From the IMG/VR virus record IMGVR_UViG_3300037852_000055, positions 36,045 to 100,044 of that record: DNA of 64,000 nt, one strand, 5' to 3'. A program made the position numbers and the translations under genes. The notes beneath the pieces are model-generated. The model was not told where the DNA came from. It made no database searches and saw only the letters and a program-made list of their open reading frames with translations. This document shows, one piece after another, positions 27,850-37,804 of the stretch; the stretch's first letter is position 1; the number at the start of each line of letters is the position of its first letter. The DNA is from a virus.

Positions 27850-29562
27850 ATGCCACGGAAACAAGCTCAGGAAGTTGAAGAACGTCCAAAGTATATAGAT
27901 GAAAATGGCGTTCTTAACTTTGATAGTTTATTTAAGTTTCAACCCAAACAAACAGAGTTACTTTGCAATGTTATGCGTGGGGGTCATATGTATACCATGG
28001 CAAAGGCCCCTAAGTGTCTTTCAGTCGGAGGAATTCGCGGTGGAAAAACCTTAGGCTGGTTCATGTTTGGCGTACTTCACTATATTCTTAGGTATCCCGG
28101 TTGTAATATGCTGGTGTTGCGTAGGACATTCAAAGAAATTGAAAAGTCTGTAATTGTAGATGTAACTTCAGGAAAATTTATTCCTAAGGAACTGTTCACG
28201 TATGATCAAACAAAACATGTCATGACCTTTATGAATGGGTCACGAATTGTAATGGGCCATTGTGAACATAATTCTGAAAGAGATTTAGCCGCTTATCTGG
28301 GTTCGGCTTATCCAATAATTCTTCTAGATGAGTGTGGACAATTTTCTCCTGATGCTTGGCTTAGGTTGTACACAAGAAATACTGTTAATGCTGGGTGTGA
28401 AGAAGATGAGTTTGGTAATTTGCCAATTCCAGTTTTAATTGGTTGTACAAACCCTATAGGCCCATTCTATGAGTACTATCGCGCACTTTTTACTTTAAAG
28501 GAACCTTGGAATAAGCCTGAGGATGCACGTAAGGACGAAACCAATGGAACTTGGTGGGTGCCTGAGAGTGGTGAGTGGAGATGTATATATAATCCAAAGG
28601 AATATGCGTGTCAACGTTCCACGGTTTTAGATAACCAAGAACTATTGTTACGTGATCCTGGGATTCTTGCTCGTTTAAATAGTCTACCTAAAGCAAAACG
28701 AGACAAAGAACTTCTTGGGCTTGATGGTGCATATGAAGGACAATTTTTCGATGTGTGGTCTGACGATGCACACACAATAAATTTGAGAGAAGATCCAGAA
28801 GCAGTTATTTGGCAGGACTACCAACCATGCTGGGCTGGAGAAGATTGGGGAATGGGAAGCCAGACTTCAGGTAGCGCAAACGCAACATATTTGTTTACAA
28901 AAGCACTTGTGCGGCAGACCCCAGACTCTGATTACAAACAAAAAACAGTTTGTTTCCAAGAAATAGTTACGGTTGGTGGTAAGACATATAAAGAGCTTGC
29001 CGCTATTATACACAGCAAGTGCCGATTACCAAATGGAAAATCTATTCAACTTAAATCTATTCATTTCAGTCATGAGAAATTTGCACGGCAGATGGATAGG
29101 CATTCTCCTGCAGATGACTATTCAAGGGAATTGAGAACCTATGGACTACCTTCAGTTACTCCTGGTACAAGAGACCGTATAGGACGAGCATCTCTTTTGT
29201 ATAATATGTTAAAAAACGGGGATGTGGCAGTGATGGACACCTGCAAGGATATTATTCTTGCTATACCTTCATTGATGCGAGATCCTGATCATCCCGATGA
29301 TGTACTTAAAGTAAGTACACGTAGTGATGATTGCTACGATGGGTTTACCCTTGGTTTGTATGGGCAGCACGCCTCTAAGAAGAGGCCCACTGAAGAGACC
29401 ATAAGGGACAGGGCTCAGGAGCTGGCGCGTACAGATAAGGTTGCTGCTCACTTCTACCTTTTAAAGAAGGCGGCAGAGGAAGCAAACCGTACAGTTACGT
29501 TTGTTCCAAGAAAACAACCAGTGTGGGTGGGAAAAATGGGTATAACAGGAGACTCAGTGTGA
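27850..29562 (+). CDS. terL: Terminase large subunit
   Basis: Walker A GGIRGGKT, LRRT, Walker B ILLDE, CTNP, nuclease EDWG...DDCYD. Confidence 0.93.
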   Translation: MPRKQAQEVEERPKYIDENGVLNFDSLFKFQPKQTELLCNVMRGGHMYTMAKAPKCLSVGGIRGGKTLGWFMFGVLHYILRYPGCNMLVLRRTFKEIEKSVIVDVTSGKFIPKELFTYDQTKHVMTFMNGSRIVMGHCEHNSERDLAAYLGSAYPIILLDECGQFSPDAWLRLYTRNTVNAGCEEDEFGNLPIPVLIGCTNPIGPFYEYYRALFTLKEPWNKPEDARKDETNGTWWVPESGEWRCIYNPKEYACQRSTVLDNQELLLRDPGILARLNSLPKAKRDKELLGLDGAYEGQFFDVWSDDAHTINLREDPEAVIWQDYQPCWAGEDWGMGSQTSGSANATYLFTKALVRQTPDSDYKQKTVCFQEIVTVGGKTYKELAAIIHSKCRLPNGKSIQLKSIHFSHEKFARQMDRHSPADDYSRELRTYGLPSVTPGTRDRIGRASLLYNMLKNGDVAVMDTCKDIILAIPSLMRDPDHPDDVLKVSTRSDDCYDGFTLGLYGQHASKKRPTEETIRDRAQELARTDKVAAHFYLLKKAAEEANRTVTFVPRKQPVWVGKMGITGDSV

Positions 29563-29930
29563 CCATTGTAGAAGTAGCTCAGACAATTAGGGAAGTGTTC
29601 AGACAACTCTTTAGTACACGCCTAGTCGCGCAATTGACAATGGACTTAATGAATACCAGAGCAGATGCTGAGCGTATGCGTAGCGAATATCAGGGAATCA
29701 TAGCCGATTTGCGGCAGGATAAAGCACAGCTTATCGCAAGGCTTACTATGCACGAGAGCAAAATCGGATTGATTCCATTGGATCAAAAAAAGATAGTACC
29801 CCATTTTGATTTTAGTACATTCCCTCCAGTTAAAACAAGTTGGCAACTGCTTCAGGAAAAGCATGATGAGCAAATGCGACAAGAGTTGGCTGAGGAAGAA
29901 GCACAGAAAAACCAAGTATCAACTGTGTAA
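29559..29930 (+). CDS. Hypothetical coiled-coil protein
   Basis: GTGA coupling to terL. Confidence 0.65.
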   Translation: MTIVEVAQTIREVFRQLFSTRLVAQLTMDLMNTRADAERMRSEYQGIIADLRQDKAQLIARLTMHESKIGLIPLDQKKIVPHFDFSTFPPVKTSWQLLQEKHDEQMRQELAEEEAQKNQVSTV

Positions 29931-29940
29931 GGAGATAAAT

Positions 29941-30171
29941 GTGGCAGATAAGAAAGACAAAGGAACATTAACTCGTATCTACATTAATGTTGCTAAGAAC
30001 GGTTTTGAGCTAGAGTGTAGCTACGAGAAGAAAGCCACTTTATCTCAGAAGGCTGGGTGGGTGCCTTCACCTTATTGTGAACCAGAAAAATACGTAGCAA
30101 AAAGTAAGGCAGATTTAATCAAACAACTAAACGATGTTCTTAAAGACTGCAAAGACTGCAGCGAGAAATAA
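29941..30171 (+). CDS. Hypothetical protein
   Basis: AAGGAG RBS; GTG start. Confidence 0.65.
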   Translation: MADKKDKGTLTRIYINVAKNGFELECSYEKKATLSQKAGWVPSPYCEPEKYVAKSKADLIKQLNDVLKDCKDCSEK

Positions 30172-30183
30172 TAGGAGAATACC

Positions 30184-30618
30184 ATGGCTTTTAAGACCGC
30201 TGATGGAGAACGCAGTTTTGGTAGTGGGTTTCGTGCTAAGAAGTATGATGAGCACCATGCTCCCGCAGAACGCAAAGAAGAATCCCGTACAAATGCAATG
30301 GGCATGTCAAAGAAATCCCAACCTGCTGCAGAGAATAAAGAAGACGAAGGGATGAATCCAGAGTCTGTGGTTGCTGAGCACGGAAAAGCTACCACGGTTC
30401 ATGTTAAGCACGATCACGTAGCCAACAAGCACCACGTCACTAGTACGCACGAAGACGGCCACGTTCATGAATCTGATCATGCTTCTTCTGCCGACGCACA
30501 CGAACACGGAAAGAAACTCGCAGGAGCAGAGAATCCTGAGGAAAACCCAGACGAAATGGGTCAGGAAGACAATAGCTCTGGTATGGAAAGTTTTGGTCTA
30601 GGTAATCAACCTGTATAA
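30184..30618 (+). CDS. His-rich hypothetical protein
   Basis: HVKHDH...HHVTSTHEDGHVHESDH. Confidence 0.75.
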   Translation: MAFKTADGERSFGSGFRAKKYDEHHAPAERKEESRTNAMGMSKKSQPAAENKEDEGMNPESVVAEHGKATTVHVKHDHVANKHHVTSTHEDGHVHESDHASSADAHEHGKKLAGAENPEENPDEMGQEDNSSGMESFGLGNQPV

Positions 30619-30627
30619 AGGAGCAGT

Positions 30628-30975
30628 ATGAGCACTGCATTTAATATTAATGGAAACCCTGTTAATGTTGGTGATAGAGTTTCTATTTTAGGAGTGATTA
30701 CCGCAGTAGGCACAGGTTCAAACCCTAATGTAACAGTGCAGCCTCCTCTGTCTGCTTCTACGTTTGTAGTCACGGCACAAGATATTTATACTGTAGAGGG
30801 CACAGCTTGTGGTGGGTCTGCTGGAAATCTTCCCACGGTTGGAAATGATTGCACTACTTTTGGCATTGTTAAGTCAATAAGTGGTAGTGGAAACACGGCC
30901 ACCCTTACTGTTAAACCTAATGTAGCAGGACTTATTACTGTACCTAGCGGCGCGTGCCAAAGCGATTTAGTTTAG
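30628..30975 (+). CDS. Small beta-rich protein with two copies of a recurring domain
   Basis: G.PV.VGD.V...G.IT.V unit repeated. Confidence 0.7.
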   Translation: MSTAFNINGNPVNVGDRVSILGVITAVGTGSNPNVTVQPPLSASTFVVTAQDIYTVEGTACGGSAGNLPTVGNDCTTFGIVKSISGSGNTATLTVKPNVAGLITVPSGACQSDLV

Positions 30976-30984
30976 GAGAACCCT

Positions 30985-31143
30985 ATGCCTTTCAAAAGTC
31001 AAGCCCAGCAAAAGTTCATGTTTGCCAATAAAAAGGCTCTTGAGAAAAAAGGTGTAGATGTGCAAGAGTGGGCAGATGCTACGGATTACTCTAAACTTCC
31101 TAAAAAGGCTTCTGGGGTAGGCAGGAAGAGAACCCATGGGTAA
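30985..31143 (+). CDS. Small protein MPFKSQAQQKFMFA... (52 aa)
   Basis: AGGAG RBS; MPFKSxAQ N-terminus typical of phage head-cluster peptides. Confidence 0.7.
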   Translation: MPFKSQAQQKFMFANKKALEKKGVDVQEWADATDYSKLPKKASGVGRKRTHG

Positions 31144-31360
31144 ATTCGTACATATACAATTGAAACCTGAACCTAAAACTAGTTACGTGGATTATAAACC
31201 CGGTGGGCCTAAGCATTGTTTTAATTGTGAACACTTTTTACGAGAAGAAAACGGATGTGATGGGCCGAAGATGATGAAGCTAAGTGAACGGCCTAAGCTA
31301 GAAAATGGGCATGTTAAGGTTCATCCTGTGGGACTGTGTAAATTCTGGGAGGCAGACTGA
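31136..31360 (+). CDS. HiPIP-like small Cys protein
   Basis: Y...CFNCEHF...C...V.P.GLCKFW. Confidence 0.55.
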   Translation: MGKFVHIQLKPEPKTSYVDYKPGGPKHCFNCEHFLREENGCDGPKMMKLSERPKLENGHVKVHPVGLCKFWEAD

Positions 31361-31560
31361 TGATTGGTATTGCATCTACTAAGAAAAGACCAAAGCTTCC
31401 TCCTCCGGCTACTAATACTACTCCAAGTGTTAAGCAGGACTACCTCAGTGCTATGGGGCTTCCTCCTGTGCAACAACCAGAGGTTACTCCTGCAAAAAAG
31501 AAACGTGTGCACTTGGATTCCGGTGGACAATTGTTTCGTGGTGAATTAAGAGGTGCATAA
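31360..31560 (+). CDS. Hypothetical protein
   Basis: TGATG coupling. Confidence 0.55.
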   Translation: MIGIASTKKRPKLPPPATNTTPSVKQDYLSAMGLPPVQQPEVTPAKKKRVHLDSGGQLFRGELRGA

Positions 31561-31778
31561 TGCTAGGGATTGGTAGTAAGAAAAAGAAGAAGACACAAAG
31601 TGTAGACCTTGGAGAAAAAGGAAGTTTCACTACGCACCCTGGAAAGCTGCACCGTGCCCTTGGGATTCCTGAGGACGAAACCATTGGACAAGAAAGAATT
31701 TCCAAGGCATTACACTCAAATAAACCAGAAGTACGCAGAATGGCCGCTAGCGCAAAGGGCCTTACACATATGAAGTAA
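31560..31778 (+). CDS. Small basic hypothetical protein
   Basis: HPGKLHRALGIPE motif. Confidence 0.65.
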   Translation: MLGIGSKKKKKTQSVDLGEKGSFTTHPGKLHRALGIPEDETIGQERISKALHSNKPEVRRMAASAKGLTHMK

Positions 31779-31799
31779 AGAACGACAGGAGCAATTTAA

Positions 31800-34472
31800 A
31801 TGGCTGACAGTGAAAGCTTGGGATTACCTCAGCAAACCAGTGCTGGTACAGAAAACATGGCTCCTGAAACCCCAGATGATAGTGCCCTGGGTTTGTACTC
31901 TTGGTTCCCTTTCAGCCCAGAACCTTTTGTTAAATTGGGGCAAGAAGCACGAGCAGCATTAATTACCTTAGATCAAATTTCTACTCAGACAGATGAAGCT
32001 GCGCGTAGAATGGAGATTGAGCAATCCTGGGAGTCTTGGCACTTTGATCGAGGTTACCAACATTTGCTAAAAGGTAAGCGGGGTGGTTGGGTTATCCCTG
32101 GTCAAGGCACAGGTTTTGGTACAGATAAAAACTCAAATAGCACTACGTATGATACAAATATTTATGGGGCCAAAGGCGACATTATAGTAGCTGCCTTGTC
32201 CAGAGAAATACCCAAGGTAGAATTCTTTCCTGACAACCCTGAGTACGGGCCTGACATTGTGGCCGCTGAAGAAGCTAATAACTTTAAAGACATTTGGGCA
32301 CGTAACAATAATCTTCACGATTTACTGGTGAAATGCGCTAGAATATTTTGGAATGATGAACGGGTACTCCTGTGGACATACTATGAATTAAATGCCCAGA
32401 AATATGGTTTTGAAAAACCTGAAGAAGCACCAACTGTTCCTGAGAATGTGCTTGAGCCACCCAGTGCAGAGCCTACAGGACAGAATGAAGAAGACAACGT
32501 ACTAGACGCAGAAGAATCTGCGGTTACTGAGGAAAATTCTGAAGAATCTCCTGATGAAGAAAACGGAGAAGATATAGATGATATTCTTGGTGGAGTAGTG
32601 GATGAGAACCAAAAGCCACTAGGTATGGAAGTAACCAAGGTTTTTGGTGTGCTAGACCATAAAGTTCCTATTTCCACTGATCTAGTTAGTGACATGCCTT
32701 GGGCACAAATTTCTTTAGATGTAGACGTTACTATTGCCAAAGCTATGTTCCCATGGATTGCTGAGAAGATTAACCCCGGCACCGATGGGCAGTCAGACAC
32801 TCAGTTGGATCGTATTGCGCGTCAAAATGTACGCCAAGCGGTGCTGGGTGCTTATGTAACTGGGGACTCATTATCTAGACAGACTACTATAAAGTTTACT
32901 TGGTTAAGGCCTTCGATGTTTTTGGACAAGCAAGTAAACGATGCGGCCAGAGCAGAGTTGTTAGAGAATTTTCCCAACGGCTGTCTTATGGTTAAGGCTG
33001 GGTCTGAATTGGCGTTTGCTAGAAATGAAAGCATGGATGATCACCTAGCAATAGGCCACGCATTTTCTGGCATGGGACAAAATAGACGATCCCTTGGATC
33101 GGCTTTGATTTCTATTCAAAAAAGAATCAATGACTGGGTAGACCTATTGGATGACTTTTTCAAACGCACTGTACCTAAGAAATGGTACAATGCTGAAGCT
33201 TTTGATATGGAAGCTATGAAGAAGGAACCAAATGTACCCGGCAGTAGTGGCCCGTTCCAACCACAACCTGGAATGGCTTCTACAGAGCAGTATATAATGG
33301 TGGAACCCACACCACAACCACAAGCTGCACTAGCAGACTTTATTAAGTGGTTTATAACCGGGTTGTCTGAAGAAATTTGTGGGGCTCTCCCATCGTTATT
33401 CGGAGCAGCTACTGGGGAGCAAACAGCTACCAACGGTTTGTTACAAAATTCTTCAGCCCTGCAACGCATTGGGTGTCCTTGGAATTCTATTCAGGATTTA
33501 TTTGCAGTTGCTGCTAAGCAAGCAGTTAAATGCGCGGCAGAATGCCGAGATGGTAAGAGGATTTCTCAGAACCTTCCCGGTAGAGGAATTGTAAATGTAA
33601 ATAGTGCTAATCTTTTGCGTGGCAATGTGTTGTGTTATCCAGAGTCTAATCCTAGTATTCCTGAGTCTTGGGAACAACGGGAAATGAAACTGCTTAACAT
33701 GATTGATGCCAGTTCCCAAAACCCAATGCTTCAAGCTTGGCTTATGAGTCCTGATAATATTTCTGCGCTAGCCGATGGCATACGTATGAAACAATTCAAG
33801 GTTCCCGGAGCAGTCTCTGTCACTAAACAGAAGTGTGAACTGGAGCTGTTGCTACGTTCTGGGCCTCAGGATAACCCTAAGGTTCTACAAGGCAAACAGG
33901 CACTGGAGCAAGCAACGCAAGGCATGCAACAAAGTCAATTGGCAGGACAACCTGTTCCTCCACAAGCTGGGGCAATGGTTGCCCAAGTTACACAAATGCT
34001 GCAAAGCTTACCACCAATGGTTAGTAGCGTTCCAGTTGCTCAGGATGATAGCGAAAACCATGTGGTTGAGGCCTCCTACCTCTTTGACTGGCTCAACGGG
34101 CCAGAAGGTCAGAAGTTTCGTTTTGGGACGCCACAACAAAAAGCTGCATTTGCAAATGTTGGATTGCACCGTACTGAGCATTTGGCAGTTGCTAAAAAAT
34201 TAGCAGCACAAAATGCTCCCCCACCTCCAGTGAAGCCTGCATCCTTTAGCGGAGCAATTGATAAGCTTCCTCCAGAGGTGAGTTCTCAAATTTTAGCTAA
34301 GTCTGGAATAAAGGCACCTCCACAAGCGTTTGCTCAACATACGCAGGATATGCTACAAGAGAAGATATATGCTAAAACTATCCCCGACGTGTTAACTAAT
34401 GATGGTGGAAATAAACCTACGCCACAACCGGGACAAGAACAACAGCAGCAACCAAGGCAATTACGGAGATAA
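31800..34472 (+). CDS. Portal protein (podovirus-type)
   Basis: 890 aa; lies after terL; SIQKRIND, GALPSLFG; Q/P-rich C-terminus. Confidence 0.8.
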   Translation: MADSESLGLPQQTSAGTENMAPETPDDSALGLYSWFPFSPEPFVKLGQEARAALITLDQISTQTDEAARRMEIEQSWESWHFDRGYQHLLKGKRGGWVIPGQGTGFGTDKNSNSTTYDTNIYGAKGDIIVAALSREIPKVEFFPDNPEYGPDIVAAEEANNFKDIWARNNNLHDLLVKCARIFWNDERVLLWTYYELNAQKYGFEKPEEAPTVPENVLEPPSAEPTGQNEEDNVLDAEESAVTEENSEESPDEENGEDIDDILGGVVDENQKPLGMEVTKVFGVLDHKVPISTDLVSDMPWAQISLDVDVTIAKAMFPWIAEKINPGTDGQSDTQLDRIARQNVRQAVLGAYVTGDSLSRQTTIKFTWLRPSMFLDKQVNDAARAELLENFPNGCLMVKAGSELAFARNESMDDHLAIGHAFSGMGQNRRSLGSALISIQKRINDWVDLLDDFFKRTVPKKWYNAEAFDMEAMKKEPNVPGSSGPFQPQPGMASTEQYIMVEPTPQPQAALADFIKWFITGLSEEICGALPSLFGAATGEQTATNGLLQNSSALQRIGCPWNSIQDLFAVAAKQAVKCAAECRDGKRISQNLPGRGIVNVNSANLLRGNVLCYPESNPSIPESWEQREMKLLNMIDASSQNPMLQAWLMSPDNISALADGIRMKQFKVPGAVSVTKQKCELELLLRSGPQDNPKVLQGKQALEQATQGMQQSQLAGQPVPPQAGAMVAQVTQMLQSLPPMVSSVPVAQDDSENHVVEASYLFDWLNGPEGQKFRFGTPQQKAAFANVGLHRTEHLAVAKKLAAQNAPPPPVKPASFSGAIDKLPPEVSSQILAKSGIKAPPQAFAQHTQDMLQEKIYAKTIPDVLTNDGGNKPTPQPGQEQQQQPRQLRR

Positions 34473-34478
34473 CAGGCT

Positions 34479-35105
34479 ATGGCGAACACAAAGACACTAG
34501 TAGGCATTTGCGTTCGCCATGGTTCTACTACTGTAAACAAAGACAATTGCTTCCGTAGCAGGCTCGACCCCCCTTTGGATGAGGCTGGTATAGAGCAAGC
34601 AAAGAAAGCAGCAGAGGATGTTGCTAAAGAGCACAAAGGATTTGTTAAGAAGATCGTTTCATCCCCAATGCTTAGAGCATTACAAACTGCGGACTTTTTA
34701 GCAGAAAAGTTAGGTTTAGAAGTTGTACAAGAAAGAGGCTTGATAAGCTGGAATCTTGGATTTTTGAGTGGGAAAAACAAAGATGAATACAATGATATAC
34801 TAAATTACTATGTGGATCACCCAAAGAAAGTAATTCCTGAGGGAGAAGCATTAGATGATTTAGAAACACGTATTCAAGAATTCTTTGAAAAGGAGCTACG
34901 TACAGAAGGAACTGTATACTTCACTCATAACAGCAACCTCGTGACGATAGAGAACCTAATAAGAGGAAACAAAGATGGAAGACCAGAAAGCTCAGAAACC
35001 TCGGTGGACACCGGGGGTATCATTGGTATCTATGTTGACGAAGATGGAAAATACTCAACTGAAGTACTCTTTGGTAAAGAAGAAGCCGCAGTCTTTGGAT
35101 CTTAA
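34479..35105 (+). CDS. Histidine phosphatase family protein
   Basis: VRHG.T..N, L...G..QA, SSPMLRALQTA, PEGE, THN. Confidence 0.88.
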   Translation: MANTKTLVGICVRHGSTTVNKDNCFRSRLDPPLDEAGIEQAKKAAEDVAKEHKGFVKKIVSSPMLRALQTADFLAEKLGLEVVQERGLISWNLGFLSGKNKDEYNDILNYYVDHPKKVIPEGEALDDLETRIQEFFEKELRTEGTVYFTHNSNLVTIENLIRGNKDGRPESSETSVDTGGIIGIYVDEDGKYSTEVLFGKEEAAVFGS

Positions 35106-35172
35106 GTATCCGAAGCTATGGGAACATGCATCATTTTTTAGAGACTCAGAATAAGACTCAAGGAGCCAATTA

Positions 35173-36720
35173 ATGGCAGCAAGTGATAGTGCAATCGTGG
35201 ACTTCGCAATTGCGGAGGAAGCAGCAGCAACAGCCGTTGTGGATGCAACGGTAGACTCAACAACAGATGACTCAGCAGTAACCACGGACGAAACCACTGC
35301 AACTACAGAGGACACAAGCACTGTAGACTCAGGTAAAAACGCAGACGGTACCGATAAAACTCAGGAACAAAAGGACGAAGAAGCACGAGTCGTTGCCGCA
35401 GGTAAGGGCAAGACTCAGACCACAGTTGATGGCAAAGGTACTCCAGATAGTATTAGCAAAGTTCTAAAAGCAATTAAAGATGCTGACCCAAACAATGCCG
35501 GGGCTGTAAAGACCCTGCGTGACTCATATTTTGGAGAACAAGCGTACAAAAAGACTTTTCCTACGGTGCAATCTGCGAGAGAAGCCAAGGCGTTTATTGA
35601 TGCTGTTGGGGGCGCAGAAGGCTGGGAAAGTACCCAAGGGATTATTCAGAGTATTAAGCAGTCTGATGAACTGTTGCACGCTGGAGACCCCAAGATTTGG
35701 GACAACATTGTAGATGACTTAAAGACTGAAAACCATTTAGATGCGTTGCCAAAACTCGCATCCGGTGGGTTGGACACGCTTAAGAAAAACAATGCAGATC
35801 AGTACTATGAAGTAATTGCCCCACATTTCCTTGCAGGCTTGGAAACTGTACGTCTTCCTAATGCCGTGGCTTCCCTAGGAAAATATCTAGGAATTGCTAA
35901 AGAAGAACTGGCAAAGGCCGAGTACAAAGGTGACACCAAGGGTATTCAGGCTCTTGAACAAATCACTAAGGATATGGACGAGTGGATCAAGGGCTTACAA
36001 TCGGAAGAAAAGAACCGTAAGGAAGCTGCCACCAAAGTTGATCCAGAGCGTTTGAAGTTAGAGGCAGATCGCAAGGCATTTACTGAGCAGCAAACCAAGG
36101 CAGAACAAACCAAGGCTACTGAGTTTAAACAAGGGGTTGCTAAGGAATTAGATAGCCACAGCAATGTGTCCCTAGGGAAAGAGCTTACATCATATCTTTC
36201 CATGCCATTTTTCAAAGGAATGCCCCAAAAGGGTGCCGATGGTGGGCATGCCCCATGGAAGATTGATTTAGGCAACGGAATTAAGCAGGCATTGTACAGT
36301 GCGTTGGAAGCAGACAAGTCATACCAAATTGCAATGAAGGCCCAGTGGGGTGCTAAGGTACCTGATAAAGCTAAGATCCAAGAAATTCACAAAACATTCT
36401 TAGCAAATAATGGGGCTGATATTGTTAAACAGGTTATTGAAAGCCGTTACCCAGGATATGCTAAGGGTGGTAGTGCAGCTGGACGTGTAGCTGCCGCCGC
36501 TGTCAAGAAGGATAAGGAAACAAAAATTACTGATACCAGTGTATCCACAGGGAAGCCAGTTTATGTTGCGGTAAAACCCAAGGAATTGGTTAGGGATACA
36601 ATCCGCGTGGCCGGGAAAGAGTACAGTCCATCGGATTTGACAATGCTGGAAATCGGTGGTAAGGGATTCGTGAAGACCTCTGATAACAAGGTGCGCTACA
36701 TCACCTGGAGAAAGCCTTAG
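35173..36720 (+). CDS. Probable scaffolding/head assembly protein
   Basis: Acidic low-complexity N-terminus, coiled coils; between portal and capsid. Confidence 0.6.
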   Translation: MAASDSAIVDFAIAEEAAATAVVDATVDSTTDDSAVTTDETTATTEDTSTVDSGKNADGTDKTQEQKDEEARVVAAGKGKTQTTVDGKGTPDSISKVLKAIKDADPNNAGAVKTLRDSYFGEQAYKKTFPTVQSAREAKAFIDAVGGAEGWESTQGIIQSIKQSDELLHAGDPKIWDNIVDDLKTENHLDALPKLASGGLDTLKKNNADQYYEVIAPHFLAGLETVRLPNAVASLGKYLGIAKEELAKAEYKGDTKGIQALEQITKDMDEWIKGLQSEEKNRKEAATKVDPERLKLEADRKAFTEQQTKAEQTKATEFKQGVAKELDSHSNVSLGKELTSYLSMPFFKGMPQKGADGGHAPWKIDLGNGIKQALYSALEADKSYQIAMKAQWGAKVPDKAKIQEIHKTFLANNGADIVKQVIESRYPGYAKGGSAAGRVAAAAVKKDKETKITDTSVSTGKPVYVAVKPKELVRDTIRVAGKEYSPSDLTMLEIGGKGFVKTSDNKVRYITWRKP

Positions 36721-36757
36721 TAAATAAATACGCTCAGGGGCCGGGAGAATACCCAAT

Positions 36758-36940
36758 GTGCAACTTGATTACAATGTTATTATCGTAGCCCTGATCGTAG
36801 CTGTTCCTCCTACTATTTTGTCTCTTATAAACAGAGGCAAATTGCAGGATATACACATAGACATGAACAGCAGATTGTCACAATTAATAACCGCGTCTAA
36901 AGCGTTAGGGGCGCAAGAAGAACGAGATAAAAAGAAGTAA
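36758..36940 (+). CDS. Small membrane protein
   Basis: One TM segment followed by H..MNSRL. Confidence 0.55.
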   Translation: MQLDYNVIIVALIVAVPPTILSLINRGKLQDIHIDMNSRLSQLITASKALGAQEERDKKK

Positions 36941-36952
36941 CAAGGAGATTCT

Positions 36953-37138
36953 ATGGCACAAGCAGTTGACCGTGCAGGAAAACCGATAAATACGGGAGAT
37001 GGAGCTACAATTGTAGGTTCAGTAACCGCAATTACTGGCAGTGGCCCTACAGCTACTATTGCAATTACCCTAGCAGGTTCAGGGGTATCAGTGAATGTAC
37101 AAGCGCAAGACATTGGCGCTACCACACAAACGCTTTAA
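36953..37138 (+). CDS. Small beta-domain protein (paralog of 30628 and 55551)
   Basis: DRAGKPINTGD...GSVTAI. Confidence 0.7.
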   Translation: MAQAVDRAGKPINTGDGATIVGSVTAITGSGPTATIAITLAGSGVSVNVQAQDIGATTQTL

Positions 37139-37274
37139 CAAGATTGCCCTAGGATTATCCATGTGTGCCTAGGGGACGGGACGGTGGGTGCTGCCATGGA
37201 CAGTTCACCACCGCTCCACCAATTAAAAAACCAAAGGAGGCTCTATGTCAATTCACCGTTAGGGAGGATTGCAA

Positions 37275-37640
37275 ATGAGTCGAAGCTTTAGACACCAACC
37301 GTTTCAAGCGATATGTGGCAGTGGAAGTGCAAAACACGATAAACAGTTAGCAAACCGTGGTGTACGCAAGGCACATCGCTCCGCTCTGCATAAGGCAGTT
37401 ATTGAGCAAGACTATGATGTACTTTTGCCACATCGTTTGGAGTGCAGTTGGAATCAAGTATATAGTTGGGGCAGGGATGGGCACCAAAATTACGAAGGGT
37501 TAGATGCTAGGGATTGGTTTAGGTATTTAAAAGCTATTGACCCTGAGCTTCACCCTAGGTATCCTTGGGATGAGAGAAGGTACAATAAGTACCCAGAGAC
37601 TTGGCCACCTCAATGGTATGTTGAAATGATGAGAAAGTAA
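37275..37640 (+). CDS. Hypothetical protein
   Basis: MSRSFRH.P...S.K.DK..ANR..R; GGAGG RBS. Confidence 0.7.
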   Translation: MSRSFRHQPFQAICGSGSAKHDKQLANRGVRKAHRSALHKAVIEQDYDVLLPHRLECSWNQVYSWGRDGHQNYEGLDARDWFRYLKAIDPELHPRYPWDERRYNKYPETWPPQWYVEMMRK

Positions 37641-37804
37641 CAAGGAAGATACCCTATGTATCTCCTTAGTAACTAGAATTAGGTGCTTGCACAAAAGAGT
37701 GCAAGGTAAATCCCAAGAATAGCTACTAAGGAGCTACATAGCTCTTTGTTAAATCAACAGACTTAAATATACGCCCTTAGTCTGTGGGCGGTATAAGGAA
37801 AACA

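Noticed and set aside
18876-29562. Introns or inteins in nrdJ, polA or terL
   Set aside because: Frames are continuous, and I saw no intein termini or group I core motifs; polA insertions look like ordinary helical inserts.
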